Shown here: positions 1 through 11,682 of the stretch, in pieces
Position numbering within the stretch: the first letter of the stretch is position 1
Layout: each line of letters begins with the position of its first letter
DNA from: Nostoc sp. DedSLP01
Lineage (GTDB): Bacteria > Cyanobacteriota > Cyanobacteriia > Cyanobacteriales > Nostocaceae
NCBI GenBank assembly: GCA_034530875.2
Contig: JAVRCJ020000023.1
Location: 66,778-130,777 of the forward strand
Length of the DNA: 64,000 nt
Reading direction: 5' to 3'
Translations under genes and position numbers: made by a program
The notes under the pieces: generated by a model
Told to the model about the DNA's origin: nothing
Databases searched by the model: none
What the model saw: only the letters and a program-made list of their open reading frames with translations

Positions 1-1572
1 TATCAAACTGCACTGCGTTCTGTCACCTACCAAAACAGCAGCGATAACCCTACCACCACCCGCACCATCAGTTTTGTCGTCAATGACGGCACTTCAGATA
101 GTACCGCTGCAACTCAAGATATTAATTTAATCCCAGTTAATGATGCCCCAGTCATCACTGCTACTAATACCACCCTCGACTACACGGAAAATGACGAGGC
201 TATAGTCATTGACTCGGATATTACGATCGCTGATGTTGACTCTAACAACCTCAGCAGTGCTACAATCAACGTTCTCGATTTTGTTGCGGCAGAAGACACA
301 CTTGCTTTCACTGACCAAAACGGCATTAGTGGTAGCTACGGCAATGGTGTTTTAACTTTAACTGGTAGCGCTACTGTCGCTCAATATCAAACTGCGCTGC
401 GTTCTGTTACCTATCGCAATAACAGCAATAAACCTAGCACCCGCAGTATCAACTTTGTAGTCAATGATGGCAGCTTAGATAGTACCGTTGCAACCCGTAA
501 CATTAGTTTCAACCCAGTTGATGAGGAAATACCCAGCCGTCTAACTAACCCCGATGATGATGTCTTCAAAATTAGTGGTGAGGATATCAAAGTCAGACTT
601 GAAATCAAGCTCACTGGACACACTAGTAAGCTAATGAATGAACTGGGTTTATTTATTGTTGATGATGCTCAAGGTACGATTAACGGTATTGCTCCTGGTG
701 CTGATGGTTATGCCGCAGCAGCTTTAGAACGCTCAAAGGTAATTTTCTCTGCGATCGCTAATACTCCTAATGGCTTTGATTCCAATAATCTCACCACTCT
801 GCTGGAATTAACTTCTGGTCAGTATTTCCGATTCTTATTATTCAAAGACAGCACTTTTGATGCTGTACGCAACGATCCCAAATCCATCGGCAAATTACTG
901 TTTTCTGATGTCTCAACACAAAAAATTACAGCTTTGGGTGATGATAATTACTCTGTAGGTTGGAAGGATAGTTTTAATAACGCTGCCACCGATTTTAACG
1001 CTCTGGTGGTAAAAATTAAACAGATAAATCAACCTTTACCTTTGGGTACAAATCTCCAAAGTAAATCCCAAGGGGAAATGATTGATTTGCGAGATGTTCA
1101 ACAACCAGTTCTTGCTGAATTTAGTGTTTATAGAGAGGCAGCTTACAACAATTATGTCGGCTTCTATCAAGTAATTGATGAAAATGGTGGAATTGATACC
1201 AATGGCGATGGGGTGGCTGATGTTCTCACCGGACAGGCTGGTTATACTCAGGCTGCTGTGCGTAGTCGGGTTGGCGGTATTGATTTGGCTGTGAGCGATG
1301 GAGGTAGCGCTACTTACAGTGGTACTTTGCAACCTGGCGGAATTTTTGTTCCGTTTATTATTGTTGATGGTACTCCTGATGCACTTTTAGATAACGACCG
1401 CAATAACGATCCGGCGGTTTATTTCCCATTCTTGGGTGCTAATTCTGATGGCTCAGATCACATTCGTTTATTAGGAAATAATAGCTTTGGCTTTGAGGAT
1501 TTGGTTGGCGGTGGCGATCGCGATTTCAACGATCTGATTGTTAAAGTTAATTTGACCCAAATTAGCGTTTAG
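1..1572 (+). CDS. C-terminal part of a large secreted/surface protein with cadherin/Ig-like repeats and a C-terminal DUF4114-like domain (5'-truncated by the window)
   Basis: Frame 1 is open from base 1 (YQTALRSVTYQN...VNDAPVIT...YQTALRSVTYRN, repeated unit) into the ORF listed at 634; ends in FGFEDLVGGGDRDFNDLIVKV, typical of DUF4114. Confidence 0.85.
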   Translation, partial: YQTALRSVTYQNSSDNPTTTRTISFVVNDGTSDSTAATQDINLIPVNDAPVITATNTTLDYTENDEAIVIDSDITIADVDSNNLSSATINVLDFVAAEDTLAFTDQNGISGSYGNGVLTLTGSATVAQYQTALRSVTYRNNSNKPSTRSINFVVNDGSLDSTVATRNISFNPVDEEIPSRLTNPDDDVFKISGEDIKVRLEIKLTGHTSKLMNELGLFIVDDAQGTINGIAPGADGYAAAALERSKVIFSAIANTPNGFDSNNLTTLLELTSGQYFRFLLFKDSTFDAVRNDPKSIGKLLFSDVSTQKITALGDDNYSVGWKDSFNNAATDFNALVVKIKQINQPLPLGTNLQSKSQGEMIDLRDVQQPVLAEFSVYREAAYNNYVGFYQVIDENGGIDTNGDGVADVLTGQAGYTQAAVRSRVGGIDLAVSDGGSATYSGTLQPGGIFVPFIIVDGTPDALLDNDRNNDPAVYFPFLGANSDGSDHIRLLGNNSFGFEDLVGGGDRDFNDLIVKVNLTQISV

Positions 1573-2214
1573 GGTATAGGGTGTAGGGAAGAACAATTGT
1601 ATTTTTATATACTCTTACCAAAATTGATAAGGATACAATTTCCCACTATGATCCCACACCCTTCAATTTAAATCCTAAATTTTGTTTGGGAAAACTCATG
1701 CGTTAATAGTCACTGTCAGCCACACACATACCTTTACATTTAATACCGTTGGTAGCAGTGCGCTGACAATGATAGCATAGAATTTTTTCTTTTTCTGTTT
1801 CTTGATTTGTTTCAATATGAGTATTTGCTGTAGCAAATTCTTTTTCTGTCTCGAGTTTTACAGTCATAAAAATGAAGGTATTTTTTACAGGTTACATTTA
1901 ACTTATCAAAACTTACGCCAAAATAGCATGATTTATTTTAGGAGCAAATCATACTATTTTTGCCTGGATTGGAAGCTATATTCATAAAAATGCTATTTTT
2001 GTTAATGCAGAATTTTATATAGTAATTTGCAATTTAATAGATAATATATCAATTCTTACTATTCGTAATTTTTAGAAAGTTATTTAATAGGCTGTTTACG
2101 TTATCGCAGTAATTATGGGATTTTTTTAGTTAATTTCTTCTTGCTTGAGATGAAAAATTTCAGCAGGCTATGTTTGACGACAAGCCACTTGTGTGGAGCG
2201 ACTATAAACAGGCT

Positions 2215-2649
2215 TCATCCCTCATCTTTGTGATAACCATTTTTCTCGCGTTTGAGGCTTTCTTCTAAAGCTTGAATTTGTTCGCGTCTAGCTTCCAATT
2301 CCAGAGAACGTCGCGCTAAGTCTTGGTTTTGTAACGTCAAGGATTGTCGCCAATGTTCTGCTCGTTCGGCTTCGTGCTGCAAGAATTCTGGTGTAATGCC
2401 AGTGGTAAGGTAAGTTTGTACTAAATGGAGCACCCAATCGGTGGCTTCTTCTATTGTTTCAATATCGCCTGTGGGGGAAAGTTCGACTAAAACAAGCAAG
2501 TTCTCACTCATAGGATTTCCCTTTCCCAGGAGAATGAAAGCTTCTTCTGGAATTATCGCCCATAAGTTATCAACTTCCTGACGCGCTAATAAGCGTAACT
2601 GGTGCTGGTCTAAAAAATCGTTTTTACGCACCTGGGCTAGATATAGCAT
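2215..2649 (-). CDS. Conserved cyanobacterial protein resembling the N-terminal domain of the motility protein HmpF
   Basis: MLYLAQV...LRLLARQ...LVLVEL...WRQSLTLQNQDLARR pattern recalls the HmpF N-terminus, followed by a short coiled coil. Confidence 0.6.
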   Translation of the reverse strand: MLYLAQVRKNDFLDQHQLRLLARQEVDNLWAIIPEEAFILLGKGNPMSENLLVLVELSPTGDIETIEEATDWVLHLVQTYLTTGITPEFLQHEAERAEHWRQSLTLQNQDLARRSLELEARREQIQALEESLKREKNGYHKDEG

Positions 2650-2892
2650 GACAGTTACTCCGCTTTAATTAAACATTCCAAAAATCATTTTTAATCAATA
2701 AACAAGTATAAACATTAGTTGCCAAGTCCAAATTAAAGAATTAAAGTAAGCCGCAGTCAGAAATTTAGCTAAATGAGCTTCCCAATAATCAGAAACAGCT
2801 TATTTGCGGTTGGGTAATGGGTTATTGACAATTAATCAGTCTCCCATTACCCATTAGAGCGTTACAGTTATCCTAAACTACGCAGTCGATGC

Positions 2893-5800
2893 CTACGGCA
2901 ACGCCTGAAGGCGTGCGCGGAGAATTTCTGCTTGTTTTTCGGCTTCTGCTAAGGCATCTCTCGCTCCTTGAACCACATCGGCTCTAGCTTTATCGACAAA
3001 ATTTGGATTTTTTAATCTGCCACTCAAAGATTGAATTTCCGCTTCGACTTTGCTGAGGCTTTTTTCTAGTTTGGCACGCACAACTTCGATATCAACGACG
3101 CCGCTGAGGGGAATTAGTACCTGTATTGTACCTACTACACCAGCGATCGCATTTTCTGGTTCTTGTGCCTGTTGCACTTCTGTCTCTGGGAAGAACTGTT
3201 CCCAAAGCTTTTGTCTGGCTTCGGCTGTTAGTAAATTTTGGCTGACAAACCAAGTGGCGTAAACAAGACCAACGATTTCAAAGAAATCTCCGAAGATGGG
3301 AGTTTCATAAATCGCATTTCCTACAGCTAAACCTAATCTGCCAAAAACAATTGCCAAAATAGTTAAGCCAATTACTTTCAAACCATTGAGAGGTTTTTTC
3401 GCCGCTACAGTTTGGCTTTTTGGCTTGTCGGTAATGGTTAAAGTCTCAACCTTTGCCAAATCTTTAATATAAACTTGTCCGGCGGTGAGGATTTGTCTTT
3501 CTTTTTCACTTTCAGTTTGTAAATTAGCTGTTACCTTCACCCCTGGTTTCACATCCGCTTCTGCACGCAAGTTGCGAATTGTGCGAATAGTACCAATCAG
3601 CAAGTCAAACTGTTCTTCTAAGCCTAAATCTATCAACTTGGCATCTACCTGAGGATAAGTTTGCAAAGCTAAAGTTTGGGTAGAATCTGCTGGTTGTTGG
3701 CTGAGAGTTTGCCAGATTTCCTCGGTAATATGAGGCATAAAGGGATGAAGCAGTTTCAAAATCCCTTCTAGGACGTAGGCGAGGGTTTGTTGTGCAATTC
3801 GTCGCGATGCCGAGTCCGCATCTGGCTGGAGGCGAGATTTCACTAATTCAATATATTGGTCGCAGAAATCGCCCCAAATGAATTCATATAGTCCCTTGGC
3901 TGCTTCTCCTAGACCATAATTATCAATGTAATTGCTGGTTTGTTTGACAACTTGATTGTAGCGGGAAAGAATCCAGCGATCGTTTAATTCGAGGGATTGG
4001 GGATTAGGGATCGGGGATTGGGAATCTTTCCCAGTCACCAGTCCCCAGTCCCCAGTTCCCAAATTCATCATCACAAACCGAGCAGCATTCCACAACTTGT
4101 TTGCAAAATTGCGGGAGGCTTCTACAGATGGTGATTCATCCTTTTTGCGATCGTATTCCAAGCGGATATCTTGTCCCGCACCTGCGACTTCCTTAACTAA
4201 GGTATACCGCAGCGCATCAGTACCATATTTGTCAATTAATAACAGCGGGTCAATACCATTACCTTTGGTCTTTGACATCTTCTGACCTTTTTCATCCAGC
4301 ACTAAGCCGTGGATGTAAACGGTTTGGAAAGGCATTTTGCCAGTAAAATGCCCGCCCATCATTGTCATTCTGGCTACCCAAAAAAAGATGATGTCAAAGC
4401 CTGTCACCAAAGTAGTGGTGGGGTAGTAAGTTGTTAAATCCTGAGTTTGTTCCGGCCAGCCCAAAGTTGAAAACGGCCACAGTCCAGAAGAAAACCAAGT
4501 ATCCAGTACATCTGGGTCTTGTTCTAACTTGACATTTTCGCCAAATTGGGCTTTAGCTTTCTCCCAAGCTTCCGCTTCCGATTTTGCTACGACAAACGGC
4601 GTGTTATCGGTAATTTGCCCGTCTGTTTCGCTGACAGCGTACCAAGCTGGAATTTGGTGTCCCCACCACAGCTGGCGAGAGATGCACCAATCTTTGAGTT
4701 TTACTAACCAATCACGATAAACCTTAGTCCAGCGTTGGGGGACAAACTCCGGGGAATTTTGCCCATCGAGGAATTCTAAAGTTTTGTCAGCTAGGGGGCG
4801 AATTTTGACAAACCACTGAGTCGAAAGTAGGGGTTCAATGGGTACTTTACCGCGATCGCTGTAGGGAACGGTATGCTTATAATCCTCAATTTTCACCAAA
4901 ACGCCATCTGCTTCTAGGCGAGAAACTACATTTTTTCTCGCCACAAAGCGGTCTTGTCCTTGAAATTCTCCGGCATTGGCGTTGAGAGTGCCGTCTTTAT
5001 TCATAATGTTGATTAACGGCAGATTATGACGCTTACCCATTTCAAAATCGTTGGGATCGTGGGCGGGAGTCACCTTGACGCAACCAGTACCGAAAGTCGG
5101 GTCAACGAATTCATCGCCAATGATGGGAATTTCTCGTTGTAAAATGGGCAGAGTCAGAGTTTTGCCAATGAGATGTTTGTAGCGATCGTCATCGGGATTA
5201 ACTGCCACAGCCGTATCGCCGAGCATCGTTTCCGGTCGAGTCGTCGCTACTTCCACAAAACCAGAACCATCTGTCAGCGGATAACGGAAGTGCCAGAGAT
5301 TGCCATTAACCTCTTGATTTTCCACCTCCACGTCAGACACAGCCGACTGGGAAGCGGGACACCAGTTAACTAAATATTCACCACGATAAATTAAGCCTTC
5401 CTCGTAAAGGCGAGTAAATGCTTCAACAACGGCTTTGGATAAACCCTCATCCAGGGTAAACCTTTCCCGCGACCAGTCTGCCGAAACACCCAAGCGTCGC
5501 AATTGATTAACAATCGTTCCCTCAGATTCTGCCTTCCATTGCCAAGCGCGTTCTAAGAATTGGTCGCGCCCCAACTCATAGCGAGTCTTACCTTCAGTCT
5601 TGAGTTGCTTTTCCAGCATCGTATGCACGGCAATACTGGCGTGGTCGGTTCCAGGTAACCACAGGGTATTACGCCCCTGCATTCGGTGGTAACGGACAAG
5701 AACATCAATCAACGCACTTTCAAAAGCGTGACCCATGTGCAAACTGCCAGTCACATTAGGCGGCGGAATCACGATGCAGTAACGTTCGCCGTCTTTGTTG

Positions 5801-5904
5801 GGGTCAGCTTTGTAAACTTGGTTGTCTTCCCAGAATTTTTGCCACTTAGCTTCAGTGGAAAACGGGTCGTAGAGACTGGGAAGATTGGGAATGGTTGCGG
5901 TCAT
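2893..5904 (-). CDS. valS: Valine--tRNA ligase with inserted CAAD membrane-anchoring domain
   Basis: [13 protein letters not shown] (HIGH) and KMSKT motifs, [13 protein letters not shown]-terminal coiled coil; two-TM insertion near the C-terminus. ATG at 5904 preferred over the TTG at 5913. Confidence 0.97.
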   Translation of the reverse strand: MTATIPNLPSLYDPFSTEAKWQKFWEDNQVYKADPNKDGERYCIVIPPPNVTGSLHMGHAFESALIDVLVRYHRMQGRNTLWLPGTDHASIAVHTMLEKQLKTEGKTRYELGRDQFLERAWQWKAESEGTIVNQLRRLGVSADWSRERFTLDEGLSKAVVEAFTRLYEEGLIYRGEYLVNWCPASQSAVSDVEVENQEVNGNLWHFRYPLTDGSGFVEVATTRPETMLGDTAVAVNPDDDRYKHLIGKTLTLPILQREIPIIGDEFVDPTFGTGCVKVTPAHDPNDFEMGKRHNLPLINIMNKDGTLNANAGEFQGQDRFVARKNVVSRLEADGVLVKIEDYKHTVPYSDRGKVPIEPLLSTQWFVKIRPLADKTLEFLDGQNSPEFVPQRWTKVYRDWLVKLKDWCISRQLWWGHQIPAWYAVSETDGQITDNTPFVVAKSEAEAWEKAKAQFGENVKLEQDPDVLDTWFSSGLWPFSTLGWPEQTQDLTTYYPTTTLVTGFDIIFFWVARMTMMGGHFTGKMPFQTVYIHGLVLDEKGQKMSKTKGNGIDPLLLIDKYGTDALRYTLVKEVAGAGQDIRLEYDRKKDESPSVEASRNFANKLWNAARFVMMNLGTGDWGLVTGKDSQSPIPNPQSLELNDRWILSRYNQVVKQTSNYIDNYGLGEAAKGLYEFIWGDFCDQYIELVKSRLQPDADSASRRIAQQTLAYVLEGILKLLHPFMPHITEEIWQTLSQQPADSTQTLALQTYPQVDAKLIDLGLEEQFDLLIGTIRTIRNLRAEADVKPGVKVTANLQTESEKERQILTAGQVYIKDLAKVETLTITDKPKSQTVAAKKPLNGLKVIGLTILAIVFGRLGLAVGNAIYETPIFGDFFEIVGLVYATWFVSQNLLTAEARQKLWEQFFPETEVQQAQEPENAIAGVVGTIQVLIPLSGVVDIEVVRAKLEKSLSKVEAEIQSLSGRLKNPNFVDKARADVVQGARDALAEAEKQAEILRARLQALP

Positions 5905-5989
5905 GCGGAGCAAACTAAGTTATGGAAGGACTCTAATAAATTTTGCCACAGGGTTGGAGGGGGTTTTGATGAAAACGAGCTGTAAACGT

Positions 5990-6072
5990 TGCAGAGGGGG
6001 CAGAGGGGCAGAGGGGGAGGGGGGGAGCAGAGGAGGCAGAGGGGGCAGGGGAAGCAGGGGAAGCAGGGGGAG
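5990..6072. repeat. G-rich 9-nt tandem repeat tract (GCAGAGGGG/GCAGGGGAA)
   Basis: Visible tandem repeats; same family at about 11575-11655 and 20080-20150. Confidence 0.85.
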
Positions 6073-6305
6073 AAAATATTCGATAGTGACGTTGGATATA
6101 GGAATTGAGTAATTTAATTTTTGGGTGTCTGGAAGTAAAGGATACTGGAATAGACTAAAAAGTTTAACAATATTTAGTCATCTTGAGATGACTTTTGCGA
6201 TGAGCAAGGAACTTAAGTTCCTTGCGGGGCGTTTATTGTATGTTAAGTTGACACAATGTGCAAGATGTCTAATCTACAAGAATTTAGGCGTGTCAAGCTA
6301 TTACA

Positions 6306-6725
6306 TTAAATTTCAGGTTTGAGATATTCCTGTAATTGTTTGGTACGCTCTTTTGTCATATTTTCCAAGCAACCAAAATAAATCGTAGGGGCTATACTTC
6401 CCCCTTCATATTCGCTTCTTTCATATTCGCAATTAGTATCTCGAAACTTAATCCATGCTTGCTCGGCAGCAATCAATTTTTGTTTTCTACTTCTGTCTAG
6501 TTTAGCTACTAGTTTTTGATAAACTGTATTCAATTTTTTATCAGCATTTTGATAGGACAACCTACTACATTCATTAATCTCTGTTTGAGTTTGAGCATTA
6601 TTGCAGTTGAGCTTTTGAACTAAATGCATTTTCGCTAAATCCGGTGCTGTGTTTCCTGTTGTTACGGTAGGAATGTACAAACTGCTCAAAGTTAGGTTTA
6701 ATAATAAAAGCGATAAATAGTACAT
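6306..6725 (-). CDS. Lysozyme inhibitor LprI (DUF1311) family secreted protein
   Basis: Signal peptide, C-x-NAQTQTEINEC, LIAAEQAWIKFRDTNC, GGSIAP...C motifs. Confidence 0.88.
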   Translation of the reverse strand: MYYLSLLLLNLTLSSLYIPTVTTGNTAPDLAKMHLVQKLNCNNAQTQTEINECSRLSYQNADKKLNTVYQKLVAKLDRSRKQKLIAAEQAWIKFRDTNCEYERSEYEGGSIAPTIYFGCLENMTKERTKQLQEYLKPEI

Positions 6726-8015
6726 GTATTTTCCTTGCTACGTAATGAGTTTGGCAATTTTAGCCATTGTTTCGATAGGTCAAACATCCAGTACCACCAA
6801 AGCCATGAAGAAATCAAGGTTGCACAAAAGTCCTTGAAATCTTGAAATTACATAATTTGTAGTTATGGTTGGTTTGTATACTGAGTGAAGTTTTCAGATC
6901 GACTTTATCCTACGAACATGCATAAATTAGTTATTAAGTCAAGAATCTTAATTTGGCAAACATCAAAGACTAGAAGTCGCAGTTACGGCTAGGAAGATAG
7001 CGATCGCTTTTGACTGAGAATGCTGAACTAGTGAAAGTGGATAGGTGGAAAACATCAGGTTGATGCCTTAGAGGGTAGATGAAAAATAGAGCGATCGCTG
7101 TCGTGGCTTTGAAAATCTGTTCGCGAGTCGCACGAGGAATCAGGTGTAGGTTTTCGGGGATCGAGAGTACAATCAGGCGATCGCTTGTGCATATAATTCT
7201 TTGAGAAGTCAGCAAAAAAGGCAAAATTTTCCTTTGCCGTTTACCTACAAATGTGCAAAAATTACTTTTGCAAGATATATCGAGCAACTATAATTGACCA
7301 ATCGCAATGGAAATATCTCATTCTCTATTCACTAGTCCCCAGCCTCTAATCTCATGACATCCCTAATTTACGTGTTGGAATTTAAGCCTAAGCATTTGAA
7401 ACTCTAGAAAATTCAAAAGCTTAGCTTTTTTAATATCAATTCCATTTTATGGTATTGAATGCGAACTAATGTTTAGATAAAATCTAAGATTTAGAATTTA
7501 TCGTTGAAAATTGCAAGAGCGTAAACAAGATAAGATCTAGGTTTTTTGCAGAAGTATCATAATTGTGCCAGAATTATTTATCTTCAATTATGAAATTACA
7601 GCAAAACTCTTGCATTAGGGAATCAAAAAAATGTATTGTTTGTATTGTTGAGAATTGTTTCTTAATAAAGCAATAATACAACATAAGTTCAGCATCGTAG
7701 GAAAAATTATGAAGTTGGTAAATCGATAAATATCAAGCTAAACGAAAATATGTCTCCCATTGTTGGCATTATTCGTAACAGGACTAACTCTAGAAAGGAA
7801 AAATTAAATATGTTGTTGGTGTGTGTAGCGTCACAAGGAACTTCAAGTTTTTCGAGACTATAATTCCTCAAGTCTATACATCATTTTGATAGAAAACAGT
7901 ATCGGCTAGATTTTCAGGGTTTCATCTCTCTAATCGGGGCAAGAAATCTATTCTGTGCTGGCTGAATTCGAGATTTCAAGCTCACTTTATCAAGGAACGC
8001 GATCGGGAAAAAATT

Positions 8016-9068
8016 ATGACCTCTTTAGATCCTAATTTTTTTGATATTCCAGCTAAAAGCCTAATCATTATTGACCCAGCTGTTGAGAACTATAAAAAGC
8101 AGAATAACAACTTGGAAGTCACGTTACAAGATGTACCAAATACAGAAGTAGCAGCGTCCAAAACACGCAAGCTGCTAAAAATTCCACCGAAGGAACTTTT
8201 AGCGCCTCCTGGTGATTTCAATCCTACTTTACTGCTATTCTTGGCATGTGTCGGAGCGTTGGTCTTATCTAACTTTGGTTACTGGCTTTGGCAATGGCCG
8301 GACTGGGTTTGCTTTAGCATGAACGTTATTGCTTTGCATTGTGCTGGGACAGTAATTCATGATGCTTGTCATCAATCTGCCCACCGCAATCGTATAATCA
8401 ATGCGATGCTAGGGCATGGTAGCGCCTTGATGCTAGGGTTTGTTTTTCCGGTATTTACGCGAGTGCATTTGCAGCATCACGCCCATGTAAACGATCCTAA
8501 AGATGACCCAGATCATTATGTTTCTACAGGCGGGCCGCTGTGGCTAATTGCATTCCGATTTTTGTCCCATGAAGTGTTTTTCTTTAAAAGACAATTGTGG
8601 CGTAAATACGAACTGTTGGAATGGTTTATCAGCCGTTTAATTGTCGTTGCCATTTTTTATATAGCAATTCAAAATGATTGTTTAATGTACGTTCTCAATT
8701 TCTGGGTTGTACCTGCTGGAATCGTAGGACTAATACTAGGCTTCTTTTTTGACTATTTGCCCCATCGTCCTTTTAGAGAACGCGATCGTTGGAAAAATGC
8801 TCGTGTATATCCTAGCCGAATTCTTAATATCCTAATTTTAGGACAAAACTATCATTTAGTTCATCATTTATGGATTTGTGTTCCCTGGTACAAGTATCAG
8901 TCTACATACTATGTGATGAAGCCTCTGTTAGATGAAAAAGGCTGCTATCAAACTTCAGGATTGCTAAAAAAGAAAGACTTGTTAGAGTTTATTTACGATA
9001 TTTTTATAGGAATCCGCCCTCACCATCAAACCACGAAAAATAAAGACGAATCACAAACTTGTGAGTAA
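8016..9068 (+). CDS. crtR: Beta-carotene hydroxylase CrtR-like membrane di-iron enzyme with N-terminal extension
   Basis: PPKELLAPPGDFNPTL, His boxes HDACH, HLQHH, HLVHH, and DYLPHRPF; closely matches cyanobacterial CrtR from about residue 55. Confidence 0.85.
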   Translation: MTSLDPNFFDIPAKSLIIIDPAVENYKKQNNNLEVTLQDVPNTEVAASKTRKLLKIPPKELLAPPGDFNPTLLLFLACVGALVLSNFGYWLWQWPDWVCFSMNVIALHCAGTVIHDACHQSAHRNRIINAMLGHGSALMLGFVFPVFTRVHLQHHAHVNDPKDDPDHYVSTGGPLWLIAFRFLSHEVFFFKRQLWRKYELLEWFISRLIVVAIFYIAIQNDCLMYVLNFWVVPAGIVGLILGFFFDYLPHRPFRERDRWKNARVYPSRILNILILGQNYHLVHHLWICVPWYKYQSTYYVMKPLLDEKGCYQTSGLLKKKDLLEFIYDIFIGIRPHHQTTKNKDESQTCE

Positions 9069-9217
9069 GCCGTACTCTACTAACTAGAAGGCAGAAGGCA
9101 GAAGGTAAAACCCTCAACAGTAAAAGGTTTTGCTGCTTTGGATTTTACATTTAATTATGTCCGTCTACTTATAATTTGATGATTTGTCGCTTGTAACTAA
9201 TGACCAATGACCAATGA

Positions 9218-9973
9218 CTAATGACTAATCTCAGTTTGATTTTCATAATTAGGGTCTTGAGTCCCAAGCAGCTTGTCCCAAAACGTAAAATACAAACCGT
9301 AGTGTACTTTATATTTACGGTGATGTATTGAATGATGCATTGAACCAATGAGCCACTTGCCAATCCAGTGGCTCTTAGATGAAGATGGAAATACCTCAAA
9401 TCCAAGATGGGTAAACACTGCCCATACTGTCATAGTTATAAGTGCCGCAACTAAAGTAAGAAAGTGCAGCGGTACTATGAAGCTTACAGCTACAAAGAAA
9501 AGTGCTTGTATAATTGCCTCCGGCAAATCAAATGCCGAAGAACTCCAAGGTGTTGGTTCTCCAGATCGATGGTGTCCATAATGCATCCATTTAAAAATTA
9601 AAGGATGATGAAACATTCTATGGACAAAGTAAAAGTATGTATCCTGAAGAATTAGCACCAGAACAAAGCTAAATACCAGATACCATAGCCCATATTTATA
9701 GAAGTCAGTATATAACGACGTCCCTCCTAAGGTATATTCTGAAATAATAAACGCTCCAGAAATACCAAAAACCACTGCGGAGAGTACCGATAATTCAATG
9801 TCTTTTCTAATGGAAGAGTTCGTTAATGGTTTCAAACGCAAACTCTTGCTAGCGATAGATTTTTTCCAAACTGAATAAAAGAGAAAATATGCTCCTCCAG
9901 CTATCAGAAGATACCGCGCAAGAGTGATGCCGAATAAGAAGAAGGAATAATAAAAAAATGAATGATTCGTCAA
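9218..9973 (-). CDS. Sterol desaturase / fatty acid hydroxylase family protein
   Basis: DTYFYFVHRMFH, HYGHH, HHSIHH His boxes; YGLYFTFWDKLLGT terminal motif. Confidence 0.9.
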   Translation of the reverse strand: MTNHSFFYYSFFLFGITLARYLLIAGGAYFLFYSVWKKSIASKSLRLKPLTNSSIRKDIELSVLSAVVFGISGAFIISEYTLGGTSLYTDFYKYGLWYLVFSFVLVLILQDTYFYFVHRMFHHPLIFKWMHYGHHRSGEPTPWSSSAFDLPEAIIQALFFVAVSFIVPLHFLTLVAALITMTVWAVFTHLGFEVFPSSSKSHWIGKWLIGSMHHSIHHRKYKVHYGLYFTFWDKLLGTQDPNYENQTEISH

Positions 9974-10505
9974 TTATAACCGTCCGTAATCTTAATTTTG
10001 TAAAAGGAAAGTGTTGTGCTAATTATATCTACAATAGCTAAGCTTCACTTAATTTATTAATCGACAAAATCCACTGTTTATTTTACAATGTAAACTAATT
10101 AATATACTTTATATTTAGATTTCTTCATAGATTTTAACAAGAAAGAATTGAGAATTGAATTTTGTGTAAGTAATGAAAGTTTCAAATTGAGATTTATGTG
10201 AAACTCAGTGAGAAAATATTTTAATTGTTTGACATTTGAGATTTTTAATATAGAGAATTAAGGGCTTCAGAAATATTAGGAATAGTTGGAAATATCTATA
10301 TCAGGATTTGGTCAAAAAAGCAAGGACAGATAAGACTCTTAAGAGACGGTTAGAAAACTTATTGAAACTATTCAAAGACAGTTAAGTTGACTCAAAGATG
10401 GCTTGAGAGTGAGTCCAGTCAAGCCATTAGAAGGAAGTGGAAATTTTGCGATCGTGGTAAAAATAATTTGATATCTTAGCGATCGCAGCTTCTTTGTTAT
10501 TCCCT

Positions 10506-11477
10506 ATGAATCGTTCCGCCTGCCTCATCTTTAATCCAGTAGCGGGTCAGGGTGACCCAGAATTAGAACTAGCAGAAATTAGAGCAATATTAGAGCCAGA
10601 AATTGATTTAGATATTTATTTAACAACTGAGGAAATTGGTGCTGACGCCTTGGCCTCAGCAGCAGTACAGCGAGGCGTAGATGCAATTATTGCTTCAGGG
10701 GGAGATGGCACTCTCTCAGCGGCAGCGGCAGCAGTAATTGGTACTGACATTCCATTTGGTATCATTTCCAGAGGCACAGCAAATGCTTTTGCCACAGCTT
10801 TAGGAATTCCTGACACGATCGCAGGTGCATGTCAGACAATTTTACAAGCAGGAACCCGTAATGTAGACGTAGCCTATTGCAACGATCTGCCAATGGTATT
10901 GCTAGTAGGCGTTGGTTTTGAAGCTGAAACCGTAGAACTAGCAGACCGAGAAGCCAAAAATCGCTTTGGGATGATGGCTTATGTTTTGGCAGGAATTCAG
11001 CAACTAAGAAACTTAAAGAACTTTGATGTTGAAATTGAAACCGAAGACAGAATAATTAAAACGAGCGCTTGTGCAGTCACAGTTGCCAATGCCGCGCCTC
11101 CGACTTCCGTTTTGGCACAGGGGCCAGCAGGTCTGATTTATGACGACGGGCTACTCGATTTAACGATTGTAGCTCCAACGAGTAAAGCCGGAGCGATCGC
11201 CGCGACATTCCATCTGTTTCAAACAGCTTCTACAGGCAACGCCGCAGAACGCAATGACATTGGTTACCTGCGAGCCAAACAATTTAAGATCGCTACAGAC
11301 CCACCACAAAAAGTTGTTCTGGATGGCGAAATCATCGGCACAACACCAATAGAAGTTAAATGCGTACCAGCTGGCTTAAAAATTTTTGTGCCACTAATAG
11401 AAGAAGTTGAGCCTACAGAAAAACTAGAGGGACTCCCCAACTTGGTTATTGAGATGAAAAATCCACAACAAGAGTGA
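10506..11477 (+). CDS. YegS/Rv2252/BmrU family lipid (diacylglycerol) kinase
   Basis: IFNPVAG, GGDGT, GTANAFA, DDGLLD, LDGE motifs; ATG at 10506. Confidence 0.92.
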   Translation: MNRSACLIFNPVAGQGDPELELAEIRAILEPEIDLDIYLTTEEIGADALASAAVQRGVDAIIASGGDGTLSAAAAAVIGTDIPFGIISRGTANAFATALGIPDTIAGACQTILQAGTRNVDVAYCNDLPMVLLVGVGFEAETVELADREAKNRFGMMAYVLAGIQQLRNLKNFDVEIETEDRIIKTSACAVTVANAAPPTSVLAQGPAGLIYDDGLLDLTIVAPTSKAGAIAATFHLFQTASTGNAAERNDIGYLRAKQFKIATDPPQKVVLDGEIIGTTPIEVKCVPAGLKIFVPLIEEVEPTEKLEGLPNLVIEMKNPQQE

Positions 11478-11479
11478 GG

Positions 11480-11660
11480 AGATGGGTATGGGGCATTGGG
11501 CATGGGAAAGGGGAAAAGGGGAAAGGGGAAAGGGAAAAAGGGAAAGGCATTGATTTTTAATTATTCTCCTCTGCCCCTCTGCCCCCCGTGCTCCTCTGCC
11601 CCCTGCCTCCCCTGCTCCCCTGCCCCTCTGCCCCCCTGCCCCCTTGTCCTCCCATTCCCT
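11480..11660. repeat. Composite short tandem repeat region (GGGCATT/GGGGAAA heptamers facing CCCCTCTGC-type nonamers)
   Basis: Visible purine-rich then pyrimidine-rich tandem arrays. Confidence 0.8.
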
Positions 11661-11682
11661 AAAATTTAGGAGTTAGGTTGCC

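Noticed and set aside
634..1572. Independent 312-aa gene starting at 634
   Set aside because: The frame is open back to base 1; it is the tail of a larger protein.
5885..6112. Gly/Arg-rich ORF (also 17496-17690, 17541-17780, 20008-20199, 20060-20296)
   Set aside because: Translations of tandem-repeat DNA, mostly overlapping real genes.
7646..7668. Fur/Zur-like box TTGAGAATTGTTTCTTAA upstream of crtR
   Set aside because: Imperfect symmetry and spacing in very AT-rich DNA; not enough support.
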